Of a stretch of DNA of 64,000 nt, positions 22,601 through 37,600 are shown piece after piece. The position numbers and the translations under genes were made by a program. Position 1 is the first letter of the stretch. Each line of letters starts with the position of its first letter. The notes beneath the pieces are model-generated. The model was given only the letters and a program-made list of their open reading frames with translations. It made no database searches and was not told the origin of the DNA. The DNA is from Vicugna vicugna (lineage: Eukaryota): assembly GCA_013265495.1 (NCBI GenBank), contig MU058636.1, positions 1,240,001 to 1,304,000 on the forward strand, given 5' to 3'.

Positions 22601-25600
22601 GCCGGAGGGCCCTGTTTCACAGTTATTACAGGAAATTCTGAATGGTCAAGGAGGACTGCGTGTTCCAAATAGAAACGCTATTCCGGTCTGAGAGTTTTCT
22701 GAGCTATTTTATAAGTTAAGATCTACAGAGTGAGACAGTACACTAAACTGGCCAGTGGGAAATAAACACACGGATTCGTAAAACTAGAGAACTTGACTTT
22801 GAAGACTATCTCCGAAGCGTTTTTAGTGTTTTTCACAACCATTAACATGATGAATATACCCAATCAATCTCAGAAATCACTGATTTTGTAAAATTTCTTT
22901 AAGCAGCATTGTTTTGTTTTGTTTTGTTATTTACCAACAATCAAGAAAAAAAGGAAATGAAAAACAGGACTTAAAAATTCTCAGAGTAATATTTAAATAA
23001 TAAGAATAAAACATCAAATCCAGACAATAACACACTATATTCATATATAAAACTTAGGAGGAGGAAATGGTAAGATGTTTCCTATCTGAAATAAACTTAT
23101 CTTAGTGTGACAGCACTGAAGGATACAAGACCCCTGAAAGGCCCACACCGAGTCCCCATGAGTGTCCTGAACGTGCACTGCCCTGCGACCCAGCACCTCC
23201 CCCGACGAGCATCTGCGCCCACAGACATCCGTGCTGCCCCACAGCATCCACCCCGCCACTGAGCATCGGCGCTCAGGAGCAGCCGCACCCCCCAGCACCC
23301 CGTACCTGCCACAGTGAACCACGACGGCAACGAGGTCGTACATTCTGTCAGGATTGGTTGCGTCGCCTGAAGTGTTAAATAGACGAAGTTCTAAAGGAAA
23401 AACTACTCGGTAAGAAAGTTTTGTGTATCGATGAAGTTGATCCATGTATTTAAATCTTTTCAGATGCAGAGCTAAAATCATGGGCAGCTTTTTAACTTTC
23501 ATCCTATTAAAATAGACATGAGAACAGAATTTCCCATGAGACATTCGCCATGTCCTTAAAAGAACTGTCAAACTTTATGATTCAGCTGACAGCTGACGGT
23601 CAGTTTTAACAGCCCAGCACTGCCCACTTTTGCATATTTCCACCCATTACTTTTACACTGGGAAAGCAACACTCCGCAAGTCTTCAGATGACCCCAAAAC
23701 CATCATCACCACCAAAGCACATCATGTGAGGCAGCACTCGGTGCGGCTCCGCACAGTCGGAGCGGGACAGTCCTCTGTGGAGAAATCTGCATTTCTGAAA
23801 TACGGGTCCTTTACATTAAGGCTAAATGCACGTGAAGCCTATGGCTGGTGGAGGAAAAACCAGTGCCTGAAAGCTGCTAATTCCTTTGGATGTGAGGGGA
23901 GACTGGGATCCATTTGTCCTATTCATCTATATCATTCTGAAGACTGAGAACAGGAGACAGCAAGAAAAGCATTAAAGACCGTCCCACTGAAGGCATCTGT
24001 TTGCCAGAGGTAAGACACAGCTCCCCCTGAAAGGTGCTGCCTGCGTGGGTCCTGGAACAGCCTGGAGCCCTTCCAACCGCCCCTCCCGGGAGGCCTTCGC
24101 TGCCCCACCTCACCACACAAGTCTCCCCTCAGAAGACTCAGCTCACACGTTCTACCTTCCGGCACAAGTAACTGTTCTCCACCCTCCATCCGCACTTCGC
24201 AGATCCACTCTGTATCTGTGCAGTTTATTACACTACAAAGCACCCAGATGATCATGGGTCTTTCTCTTCTCTCAGGGCCAGGACTCTGGGCGGACAGCAG
24301 CCATCTCTTTCATTCTACTTCTCCACTGTGAGCAATAGGCCTGGCACATGGCAGGTACCTGATGAACACTACAGAACTGAATCCTGTATGTGCTCAGTGG
24401 AGCAAAACACTTTTCATAATTTATACCAGTCTCAACAAATTCCAGAAGACAGAAATCACAGAATATGTTCTCTGACAAAAATAAAAAACAAAGAATATTT
24501 ATAAAACCCCTGAAATACAGAAACTAAGCTATATACTTCTAAATAATCCACAAAGAGAAAAAAATCACAAGGGAAATTGAAACAGATGTTGAAATGCATA
24601 ATGCAAATATGACACGTTAAAATTTGTGAGGACACAGCTAAAGCAATATTTAGAGGGAAATTTATAGCTTTAAACATTTAAATTAGAAAAGAAAAGGTTT
24701 AAAATCTAAGTTTCTACCTTAAGAAGCCAGGAAAGAAGGGGCTAAAACTCAAAGTACACAGAAATAATAAAATAACAAAAGGGAAACAAATCAATGAAAT
24801 TGAAAACAAAAATAGAGATTCACAGCATTAAAAGCTATAAAATTCTAGCAAGGGTAATCAAGGAAAAGAGAAAACACACATAGTCAGTATCAGAAATTAA
24901 AGATAGGCTATTACTACAGATTCTGAAGTGCTTGGGAGACTACTCAGCTTAAATAAAAAGGAATGAAATGTTGATACATGTAACCACTTGAACACATCTC
25001 AGGGGATTATGCCCAGCGAAGAAACCCAATCTCAAAAGTTAACATACTACGCACACACTACAAGATACCATTCACATGGCACCCTAACGTGACAACACCA
25101 TAGAGACGGAGCCGAGACGCGTGACTGCGGGGGGGGCGCGGGGGCAGCACGGGTGCTGCGTGTGGCTATTTAACAAGGGAGACGGGACAGCTCTTACCTT
25201 GACTGCCATGGTGGTCACATGAACCCGCATGGGATACAATGGCACAGAACTACACACACACATGTGCACACACACACGAGCAAGACTGGTGAACCGTGAG
25301 TGAGGTCTATGGGCTGGAGCGAGGCCGGCTCCCTGGCTCTGGTCTTGTCCCATCCTCACGCAAGATGACGCCCGTGGGGGACTCTGAGGACGGTGGTACA
25401 CTTATCTCCTGACTTCTCCCTGTGCCACGTTTACAACTTCCTGTGACCCTAACTCATTTCAAAATAATAAGTTAAAAAATAAAGAAAGCAAGCTATAAGG
25501 AAATATTATGAATAACTTTATATTAGATAACTTAGATAAAATGGACAAATTCCTTCAAAAAACACAACTCACCAAAACTAAAGCAAGAAACAGCAAGGTG

Positions 25601-28600
25601 GGGGAGGATACAGCTCAAGTGGCAGAGTGCGTGCTTAGCATGCATGCGCTCTTGGGTTCAATCCCAGCATCTCATTAAAAAATAAGTAAATAAACCAAAT
25701 TACCTCCCCACTAAAAAACGGATAAATAGATAAATAAATAAACAATAGTCCTGCATCCATTTGTAATAAAAAACTCTTCTTTTCAAAGGAAACAACTGGA
25801 CCAAATCACCTCCCTGGTGGGTTCTAGCAACGTTTAAGAAAGAAAACCTGTCCTGCACAAACTCTTCCATCAAAGAGGAGAAGGAGCGACCCCCGCAGGT
25901 CGCTGGTGCCAGCGACCACCCACCACCAAACGCGGCGAAGGGCCACAGGCGGGTGAAACTGCAGAGCAGCACGCCTCCTGATGGTCCACAGACGTGAACT
26001 CCCTCAGCAAAATGAGAGCAAACTGAATCCAGCAACACAGACCCACCTGGTGATGCAGTGATAATTATACTAAGTGTACTGACAATGTTTTACCTCAAGT
26101 TGTTTTGAAAAATCAGTAACAGTAAAAATAAAGCAGATTTCTTTATACTTCCTAAAATTAATAAAGTAATAATAAACATGTAAGGGGCATTTAAAAAAAT
26201 TAGTACAGCATAGGTTTCCTCCCAAAGAAAAGCACCATCACCCCAACTTAAATTTCCCAGAAATGTTAGCTCTCTGCACCAAACGTATGCTGAGCAATGC
26301 AATTTTTAAAAACAAGCTTGTCTTCTTCCAACCTAATCAGAGTACCTGTCATGAGGCCAGGTTTCAAACTCAAACGACTGCAGCGGCACCACAATGGGGT
26401 GGAGGGAGCAGGGTGACGAGGAAGCAGGTGCTCCTAGTCCCCGGAAGCAGACCCTGAGCCCAGACGTCTGCCTGGGATTTACCAAGGCGGTGCTCCCGGG
26501 GCGGGCGTCAGTCTCCTGCCTCAGGCACCACCCACCCAGGGCAGCTTCAGCTGAGCCCCACCGGGAAACCCCGGACTACAAGCTTCCCTGCAGATGTCTC
26601 TGCAGGCTTCAGACTCTCCTTAGAAAGACCTGCTTGCACGGGTGGTCCTTGGCTGGCATCTGGAAGTGTGATCTAGGGAGTGCACCCACTGTCCCCCAAC
26701 TGGGACAGGACTCTTGGAAGCTTGCTGGCTTCCCTCTGCTGACTGTACTCGTCACCTTTCCCTGTAAGAAATCTTAGCCGTGAGCACGACTGTACACGCT
26801 GAGTCCCGAGAGTCCTTCTAGTGTATCACCAAATCCAGCACCGAGTGGTGCTGGGGACCCAACACAGGACAAAATCGCGCACCATTTAAACAAGAACACA
26901 GCACCACTTTTGTGTGACTCGGCCCCAAACACACAGCTTGAACCTGATCACAGGAAAACATGAGATGAACCCAAAGGAAGACATTCTGCAAAATAACTCA
27001 TTGCTTTCAAGTGTCAAGACAAAGAAAGTCAAGAAGAGACTACGGAATTGTCCTGATATAAGAAGACTAAAGAGACATGAATGCCAGATGCCGCCTGTGG
27101 GTCGGGATGGACACTTTCCTCTACAGAGGACGCTCCCGGGACATCTGGGGAGACTAAAACAAGGCCTGTGGTCCCAGGAACACGTCAGTGCTGCTTCCTG
27201 GCCTGGATGGACAGGGTAAGGGGAAAACTTCCTTGCTGGCAGCAAACAGCTGCCGAACGTCCGCGGGTCACGGGCATCACGGCAGGAACTCCCAAACGGC
27301 TTGGGGTAAAAGAGCGCTCCTGGCGCTGCCCACGCAGCCTTTCAGAGTTTGCCGTTGTTTCAAAATAAAAAGTAAAATCATCAGGATGAGGACGAAGAGT
27401 CCATTTCCCGACACCAAAACACAGTCTCTGTAACAGTATCCTAAGAGAGGGCACAAAATCCCACGCAGGAACGGGTGGAAACTGGGGCCGGGGGCTGAGC
27501 AAAGTGCTTTCCCCTCTTCCTTCCTCGCCGAGGAGAAGTTCACAGTCAGGGGAGCTTCAAAGCGAGCATCTGAACTGTGCTGGCTTCTGCAGAAGATCAC
27601 CCGCGGGCACAGAGCTGGTTTTGTTTATCCAGCAATCACCTAACGAGTCCTAACTGCTGGTGACACAGTGGCGCACGTTACTCATGTAGCCGCCCAGTTC
27701 CCTTCCAGCTGGAAAAGCCCGTCTACCCACCCACCGCCAAAGAACCGCCGCGAGTTTCGGGAAACTCCATTACCGTTTGTGTGCTTCCTGCTTGCTGCGA
27801 CACTCTTCACAGTAATACTTGTATTCACTGCAGAGCGTTTCTGTGTTGCTGAAACCTCTGTGTAAAATTCAAAATACGTTAATTCCGTCTATACCAGAAT
27901 GTACGCGTTCATCTTAAAATATTCTAAACCCAAGAGACTCAGGAAACGTCAAAACAGATAACCCCACGCTTACCTCAGGCAGTGAGTAATGGATGTGTTT
28001 TGTTCCACGTCAACAGAAAGGTCTAAAAAATCTTCATCTTTGCTGCTTATCTGTAAAAACAGGGAACTGCCTTTGATTTCTTGAAACATCAATAAATCAC
28101 TGATCCAAAACGACAGAATGAAATGCATCCTATCATTAGTAGTAAGTATATAAAGAATTTTGTTTCCTCACGTGTAAAAGAAAACGACTTGATTTAAGTT
28201 ACCCAAAAGAACACCAAACAAATGACTCTCATCTTATGCAGAAGTGAACACCAAAGTGCACCTGTGGCTAATTCTCTTACTGGCAAAGGCAAGTGTGACA
28301 TGAAATTCCATTACTTCCCCTAATCTGGTATTACGGGAAAGCACAAACTGTACTATATACACTGATTCTTAAAAACACAGGACAAGACTGAATGGGGGTG
28401 TTTGGTAAAGGACATGGTATCTGTACTGTTTTATCACATTTAAGGAAAAAACCTAGCCCAAAATGCCAGACTACAATCTTCACTTATGACCTTCCTTTAT
28501 CACCCCGCCTCCAATTTAACGTCTTGCTTGAATTATGGAAAAAATCATCTTGTAAAAAATAACATTATCACTCATTCATTTGAACAGGAGGAGGAGAGAA

Positions 28601-31600
28601 CCTCAGACGTCACCCTCCCTGGCTGTCCCCCCACTGAAGACGCACGCGGGGACCTGACACAATAGGAGTGATGTCCTTCTCGCTTCCCCGAGCCTCCCGC
28701 CCGCAAGTCACCCACCGAGCCAGTGCTTTCCTGCTTCCACCCTGCATCAAGGTTATCGGCTCAGGATCATTAACCTGTGATCGATTACGTGGCTATATAT
28801 TACAGGCTGACGCAAATATGAGTACACGAGAGTGTCGTGTATACAAGGTATAGTGACACTGGAAGGTAAGTCATGTGGGTCTCAAAAGACTCCGGGAAAA
28901 AGGGGAAGAAAGACAATCAAGAAAGGCAAGAGAATGCGATGTGCTTCAGGAAAAACAATTCACCCAGTTTTGTCGCAAAGTGAGGAGGCAGACGGGACAG
29001 TCTGGTGGAGGCAGGCTCAAGCCAGAACGGGCTAAAGAGAAACAGAGAAACAGGAGAGTCTAGTGCTTCTCAGAATGCGCTCTGTGCTTCTCAGACACTC
29101 ACTGCCTCGGGGGTCTTCACTTGAAATGTTCACCTTATGGTAACATTAAAACCCTGACATAAGGATGTTCTAGATGCCCCAGATGCAAGTGGGTCACTAT
29201 GTCTGCGGTTACCACTGTGCTGGCGCCGGTTGATCACCACGTGCAGCAGTACTTAAGTTCAAAACTGTTTCCAAACACTGGTTGATGTCTGGTTGTTGCT
29301 GGACACTCGGCATCTGGGAGATACAGACTCAATGAAGAAGTCCAGGCTGGAGACTGGGGCTGGGCGGTCGTCCGCACAGGTGGTAATGAAAATGGAACAC
29401 AGCCCTCCCCACACAGAGTGAGAGGCGGCAAGAAATAAGCAGCAATTCACACCCTTAATTCTTGGGAGGCATCTGTCAGGATACATCCCAGGCCACAGCG
29501 GGACCCCGTGAAGATGGGATAAAGGTCACTAGGAGTCTACTAGTGGTATCTGGGCACTGACAAGGATGGCCAGTGGACTCTGTGCAAAGTCTCAGAAGAG
29601 TAACAGGAGAAAATCCAGGTGACCTTGGGCTTACTGACAACTTTTTCAGTACAACAACCAATAACAGCATTTAAAGAACATCAAAAGCATTTCCATGAAG
29701 GAAAAACTGGACTTTATTAAAATAAAAAATTTTAAATTAAAACATCAGAAACTTCTGATCTGCCAAAGACTGTATCTCTTAACCGTTTAAGATAAGACAA
29801 GCCACTAACTGGGAGAAAATCTCTGCATAAGACACGTCTGACAAAGGACTGGTATCCAAAATACACAAAGAACTCTTAAAACTCAACAACAGGAAAACAA
29901 ACAACCCAGTTTTAAAATGGACCAAAGACAGCACAGACACCTCACCAAAGAAGATACTCCGATGGCAGATAAGCCTATGAAAGATGTCTCCTGTCGTATG
30001 TCATAGGGAAATGCAAATTAAAACAAGAGATACCACTACTAGTATATTAGAATCGCCAAATTCAAAACCCTGACAACAGCGCATGCTGACAAGGTACGGA
30101 GCAACAGGAACTCCCCTTCATCACTGGTGGGGACGCACGATGGTCCAGTCACCCTGGAAGACTGTCTGGTAGTTCCTTCCAAAACTGAACGTGCTGTGTA
30201 CCGCACGGTCCAGCAACTGCACTCCTCAGTGCTAACCAAAGGAGTTGAAAACTTATGTCCACACAAAAACCTGCACACGCGTGTTTATAGCAACTTTATC
30301 CACTATTACCAAAACTTGGAAGCAACCTGGATGTCCTTCAGTAGGTGAATGGATAAACTATGGTACATCCAGACGATAAAACATAATTCAGCGATAAAAA
30401 GAGATGAGCTACCAAGCTGTGAAAAGACACGCAGGAACCTTAAATACATACTGCTAAGTGACAGAAGCCAATCTGAACAGGCAGCATTCTCTACGATTCC
30501 AACCATGTGGCATCTGGAAAAGGCAAAACAATGGAGGCAGTAAAGTAATCAGTGGTGGCCGGGGCTGCGGAGGAGGGAGGAAAGAGCAGGTGGAGTACAG
30601 GGGATTTTCAGGGCAGTGAAACTACTGTCCGATACTGTCATGATGGATACGTCATATGTTTGTCAAACAAACAGAAAGCAAAGAACAGACAACACCAAGA
30701 GCGAGCCCTAATGCAAACTATGGACTTTGGTTAATTATGTTATCAATATCGTACATCACTAATGCAAGACGTTACTCTTAGGGGACAGTGGACGGGGGTG
30801 GGGGCAGTATTTGGGAACTCTCTGTACTTTCCACTCAGTATTTTTTAGGTCTATTAAAAAAAAAGAGAGACGGTTCCCTGTTAGTCTCTGCCAGCGCAAG
30901 TTTATTTGCCTCAGTCAACCAAGTAGACTATGTTGTTCTTTCAAACATCAGTAAAACATCTCCCTCCTTTTCTTGCTTTGGACTCCCTTTTCCAATGGAC
31001 CACACCACTCTCCTCTGCTGTTAAAAAGTAAAGTAAAGACCGACTGGGCAAAAATCATCCGTGAACGCTAAATCTTGGGGGAGATTTTAATGAGGAACAA
31101 GGAATCTGTGTCTCCCACAGTCAGCCTACCAGTTACAAGGGCATAAAAAAGAGTCATGGTCAAGTGGAGAACCGAACAACACTGTGCGTGGGAGGTTCAA
31201 ATCAATCTCACCAATGAGGGTCAGGCGGAACTGTGTGCCCAGGGGCGGACTCCTGAGGACGACGCGTTAACTATGAATTATGCCACCAGGAATCTATAAC
31301 TTGCATCAAATGAGAAGGAAACATCAGACAAACTCGGTATGAGGAATGTTAGATTTTACGAAGGAGGGGAGGGGAACATTCTTCCAGTGTGAATATCATA
31401 AAACGAGATGACTCTGGAAATGTCCCAAACTGAAGGAGGCTAAAGAAAACATGGTCACTACATGCAATGCAAACTGCTAAACCCTAAAACTGGACCCTGA
31501 ATTGAAGGAGGGAAACGCTACAAGGGACATGACTGGCTCAGCTGGGAACACAGTACAGTGGACACCTGGTTAAGTCAGAGTCTGAGTGCTCACTCCTCAC

Positions 31601-34600
31601 GCGGGAGCAAGGGAAGGCGCCAGCCGGCAGGAGGGCTGTGGTACCCAACCCCACCTGTGGACAGCCTTCCAGCGTCTCGCGCCCTGCTCATCGGGGACTG
31701 TCCCCTCCGCGAGTGCGCACAGCGCACCTCCATGTTCATTCCAGCAGCAAACAGTAAGGATGATCGCGACCGCAGGGAAAGGAAAAACGAATGAATACAC
31801 CTCCCTGACCTGCAAGTTTCTTATCAGCTTAACTAAGGCTGCAATTCCTAGAGCACGGCCTCATGGTCTCCTGTACTGAAAGAAAATGCAGTAGTTCCAG
31901 CTGCAGTAAGTATTTTTTGTTATCCCCGTGCTCGCTGTGAACAAGCAGACAGGGCCTTCACCTGACAAGGACGTCTTTGATGCCCATTTACACTCAGGAA
32001 TTACAGCTCTCAAGTTCAATCTCTCACACCCGTCCTCCAAGAACCTCTCATGGATTAGGTCTGTTCTATACACAGTGTTATGACATACTTACAGTTTCAC
32101 AAGTAAGACACCTGGTTTCGTTAGTTAATGTTCCCTGAAAAATCTCGTGGACCCACGTGGGGTCCGCTGTGCTGTTGTTCTCACTGTCGATGTTCCCGTT
32201 GGGCAAACGACCATTTTGTTTTTCCTGCTTCCTCTCTTCTTGTAAAATATCAGCAATCGTATTTAGCAGGTAATTTAGGAATTCGTGGGCATCTTGCTGC
32301 ATGTAGTTGTCAAAAAGCTCTAAAAATAAGAATTTATTAGAGAGTTATTTCAGAGTTAATAACTTCATTAAAAAACTGAATTTAAAAAAGAATGACTAGC
32401 ATTCTATCAGAATTAAGTACAAATGTTTGGCATCGTTAGGTGCGTACAAGAAATAGGTTATCTTTCACAAATTAGGACTGAATCTGGGAAAAATAAAGTT
32501 ATGGTGAATGAAAATCCTTAAAAAAAAAACAGTAATTGATCAATGAGAATAGGGCAAAACCCACCCCACACATGATGCACCGAGGAGATAAGAAGCAACT
32601 GCTTTCCACTCGCTCCTCGAATCTTACTCCACACGTGGTACAACGTGGCAAGTTTACAGCAGAAGCTGGACGACCTCTTGGCAGGGCCAAGCCAGATGCA
32701 TAAGAACCCCCGAGAACGTTGTTAAAATTATAAATTACTGTACACAACCTGACTCAGTAAGTCAGAGATGAAGTCTGGAGCTCCTCCAGGCGGCCCTGCT
32801 GGGCAGTCAGGGTGAGGCAGTAAAGGCCTCACTAATTATCTGCTAATCCAGGTAATCGCTAAGGCCGCCTCCAGAGGGGAGATCTGGGACTCCACACAAC
32901 GCCCCCCCGTGTGTACACAAAGAGCTGGCGTGCTGGCAACACCACCGTCCTAAGATTAAGCTCTGGCCCTGTGCTTACATCACACACCCCGAGGCTGAAG
33001 AGGAAGGACTTCAGAGGCAGGGTGGTCTCACCCCATCTTCTTAACAACCCTGTGACACCACGATTAACACTATTTTACAAACGAGGAAATGGGATCAGAG
33101 CGGGTGGAGTCACGCTGTGAGGAAGCGTCAGGGCCAGGATTCAAACTAGACCGTCCAGCCCGAGCACACACAAAGCAGTCGTACAACCTGGCCACACTCG
33201 GACGCCTGTGGCTTCTTGACCAGGTAGTGGTCTCAGTGCACATTTTAGAAGTTCCAGAAAGATTATCACTTACAGTTTTTAAATGACAGACTAGCAATTG
33301 AGAAGAAAATTTAGGGAAAGCCTTCCAAGATAAAAATAATAAAAAATTACATTTTAGAAGAACGACAGATATGACTCCATAAAACTAAGTTTTATGCATT
33401 AGAAATCATTTCAGAAGTCAGAAACAGTGAAACCTGAAAATTATTATCATCTTCAACACAGGGAGTTTATACAAAAGAAAATACAAAGTGGGCAAAGGAC
33501 TTGAAATCAGCAATTTCTAAGAACAAAATTCAAAAGGTTAAAAAAAACACTCATCCCCATGGTAACCAACAAGGCCTGATGTTCCTGTCTATAAAATGGA
33601 ATACCACGTTCCTTTGCAAGGTTATTATAAAGATAAAATGGTAACAAGTGAAAATATTCATTTTTATGAATATTCAAAGAAAAAGGGCTTTAAAAGTATC
33701 ACATTTAAGGCGCAGGTTTGAGAGCAAGACTGTTGGGGTCCCCATTAGGGCTCTCCCCCGATTATATGCAAGTCGGAAGCAATTTACTTAATCCCTCTGG
33801 TGGATCTCAGGTCAGACACAACAACACCAGGGACGCCACTGGAGCCACACTTCATTTCCATGCCATGAGTCAGCCCCGAGGGGTCGATTCTTGGGAGAAC
33901 AATGAAGCCGAGTCCTAAGCGCCACTGCAGCACCGGCCTGCTGTTAAGCACAGCTTAAGGCCAACGGACCTTTAATCTGGTACACGGTGTGTCCACTGGC
34001 TGCTGTCCCCCAGGGCAGGGGGTCCAGAGCATCTGACACCACTGCCCGCCCTCCCCGCTCACAGGGGGAGCCACCGCACTGCCAGACAGCTGGCACCCCT
34101 GAGGAACCTTCTGGGCGTCCCCCCACCTCTGTGACCAAGCCCAGCTGTGCTTGGAACCCTCGGGGTGCAGCCCTTGGACCCGTCAAGGCCAACATTGCGC
34201 TGACTTGCCCCCAGTGCAGTAATCCCCACCCCCGGATCCCTGCCTGAGCCCTGGCTCCTGCTCTCCACGACCACCCTCAGCTCTGGGAGGCTCTTGCCCA
34301 GCCCCTCCTGCGCACCTTCTACCAGCTGCTTGCTGTTCTCACCCCCCCCCCCGACCNNNNNNNNNNNNNNNNNNNNNNNNNNNNNNNNNNNNNNNNNNNN
34401 NNNNNNNNNNNNNNNNNNNNNNNNNNNNNNNNNNNNNNNNNNNNNNNNNNNNNNNNNNNNNNNNNNNNNNNNNNNNNNNNNNNNNNNCCCCCCCCCCCCG
34501 ACCGCTTCAACCTCTGGCATTTTCTAGCTCCCCGCTGCCCCTTCTAAACCACTTCACTTTCACATAAGAACTCACCCTCAATCAAGAAAGCTCGGAATAT

Positions 34601-37600
34601 CCGACTAGACTGCCCTTGACCCTCGTGGTTCTGCGGTCATCAGCTGACCCCGCCCCCACCAGCGGCCTGACCCACGGTGTCTCCGTCCACCCCGCTCCTG
34701 CACTGACCTGGTCGCTGTCCAGGCGGCTTCTGTCAGTGCACGCAAACCCCTTAAAAACCAAGAGCTTTCATCCCCCGTGTACCTACCCGCAGGTCACAAT
34801 CCAGATCCCCCCACCTCAGGAGGCCCACTAAGATGAGGGCCGGAAGGAGGCTGTGCCAGAGCTGATTAGGGATCTTGAGCAAAGTGGGAACAAATTGGAA
34901 AAGTCTTGGAAAAGCCACGGAGAATCCAGAAGAGGGATGATGGGAGAGGACCAGGAAAAAGATCTCAGAAACACTGCGGGGGCCTGGCGAAGGTGACGGA
35001 TGAGTAGCTCACCGCAGCGGACCGCTACGTGCTGGCTTCATGTCACAATCCAGTCTCAGTTTTCCCTGGTAAAGAACTATTTTAGCATATATGCCTGCTT
35101 TTCAAAATAAATACTTCTTTTTAGTAAAGCAGAAGTGTGCAGGTGTTTTCATTTTTTAAAACCTGAAATATCTTTTTTTTAAGATGTTCTTTCAACACAG
35201 AACAATGACTTCATATTCACAGAAATACCTCAAGTGACTTGAATGTTCTGGAAATAAGATGCAAAGTAAATCAGAAGATACTCTAAGTATTTGGTTAAAA
35301 TAACATCTGGTCCATTTCCTACAAATATGGTATACTGAACATGCCTGACGTTGCAGAGCCTAAGCTGAGAGCAGCCACTACAGTTTTAAAAACATCAACC
35401 CAGACCCATAAACATCAGAACAACATCCACTAAACGGCCCCACGACAGTCCTGTAAACTGTGTTGTATCTGATTCCTAAACTCTTAGTTTTCCTAGGGGT
35501 GCTTTCTTGCTAAGCAGCATAGTGGGAAACTTGGACTTCAAACTTGCTGTGGCAAATTAAACAAATTCACTCACTTATTCACTCACTCAATAAATATTTA
35601 AGTAAGCACCTACTATGTGCCAGGGACTGGATTAAGTACTGGGAACACAAAGGTGAGCAAAAATGAATGGGCTCCCTCTGCCAAGGAGCTGCCAGTCTAG
35701 GAGGGGAGACACAAGTTCATTATTAATAAACGTACATGAAATGTGTCAACTACTGAAGTCCTGCCACAGCTGCAACATTCATGCAAAAAAAGAGGAAAAC
35801 TAAATCATTGCCTGAGAGTAAGTTAGGTTTTCTTGATAATTCAGAAATAGCGATAGCTTTACATTACAAAAAATATCTTTCATGCTCTTTTGGAGAAAAT
35901 GGATTAAGGAATACGAGAAATTATATACTAAAATCTATTTAACAGCTGTTATTTGTGAACAACGAACGTTTCCTCCCTTGAGGAAGACCAACACTTGAAC
36001 ATGTATTTACAAATTTGTCTGTATCTCTGCAGAGCACCTGAAATGCTGCTGTGTACATGCAGGTTCCCTAAGAGCCAGGACCCTTCCCACTGCTGCGTCC
36101 CTGGGGCTCAGGGTATCAGATGTGCATGGTATTTCCTGAATGAATAAATGAATGAATGAACAGACAACAGGGGTTGAAACACTTATGATGACATGAGAAG
36201 AATTAAATTTGGCCGCAAACAACGACGTGAACCAAGCACACGGCTAAGAGCTGGCTGGTCCGACCTCAAGCCCACCCTGGATGACCCCGCCCTCCAGCTG
36301 AGACAACCCTCACCAACAGAGTTAGGTCCCCCACCTGCGTGTCCATCCTCCCAAACAAGGGAGAGCCTCCGGGAAGTCGGCCATCCTAGACGGATGCCGT
36401 CGTCCCCTGCCCGCACCACTGCAGGGGCCTCCTGGCTGGTCTCCCTGCTGCTACGGGCGCTGCCACGGGCACCCCTTCCCACCGCGGGGCCCCACAGCCG
36501 GCGGGATCTCCTCCTGCAGATCAGAGCCCTCCAGTGGCCTCCTGCAGCTTTCACAGTAACCCCCAGCTGCCGGCCCCTGCTTTCGTGCTGACTTTACCTT
36601 CATCTCACCCCGCTACAGCCACAGTAATTTTCTCACTGCCTTTCAAGCACTCAGGGCTACTGCCATTTCTGTTCTATCCACTTGGAACAGTTTTGCCTCG
36701 GATCTTCAAATGATTTGCCTCTCACTTCCAATCTCTGATCTCACGTCATTAGCAGCTCCCTCATTCTCTACCACTCTTCCCTGCTTTACTTTTTTTGCAG
36801 CAAAGATGGACTGTTTCTCATAACTGTCTGTCTGTCTTGTCAGCCCCCTCAATTGTCTCCTGGTCCTGCATGGTGCCTGGCACAGGAGGAGCTCCACACA
36901 TAATATCTTTAGTGCAACCAACCACAGGTTCGCATCACCAAAGACAACATATTTGTGGAACAAATGTTATCACACTCTACATAGGAGCTCGGTACCACAG
37001 CATCTCATGCTATGATCAGTTAACATAAATTAACGTTTCAAAACCAAAAATCCATTATCGAAATTAAAAGAGTCTTTCCAAGGGGTATCAAAACTACTAT
37101 TAATATAAAGCAACAGTGGTTAAAACAATACAGAGCTAATACCTACTGAGAATATAGAATGTGACGTTTTTAACATAACATGGGAGTAAACTGATGTAAG
37201 AACTACAATCCAACAGTTAAAGTTACTGGAAATACTGAAACAGGTGATATACTTTCCAGAGATTTAAAACAAACCAGCAAGTAAAATCTCAGAAGAGTTT
37301 TGCAATGGATAACCTATTAAATCCTCTTTGATTTGTATACTCTTCTCTACACTAATTATTGGGGAAAAAATCAAAACATACAAAAGCCAGCAACATCCAA
37401 TAATAGGGGTGCTTTTCTATTAAATATTGCTTCTAAAGCATAGGAAAATGAAACACAGCTTATGAGAAGATGGGTCTGGAATATTCATTCTGGAATCAGT
37501 TTCCTTTAATAAAGTAATCAAGACGTCTATTGTGCATAAATTTATCTTGCCTAAACACACAAAAAATTCAAAAAATACTGAATTATTAAAAGATAATAAA

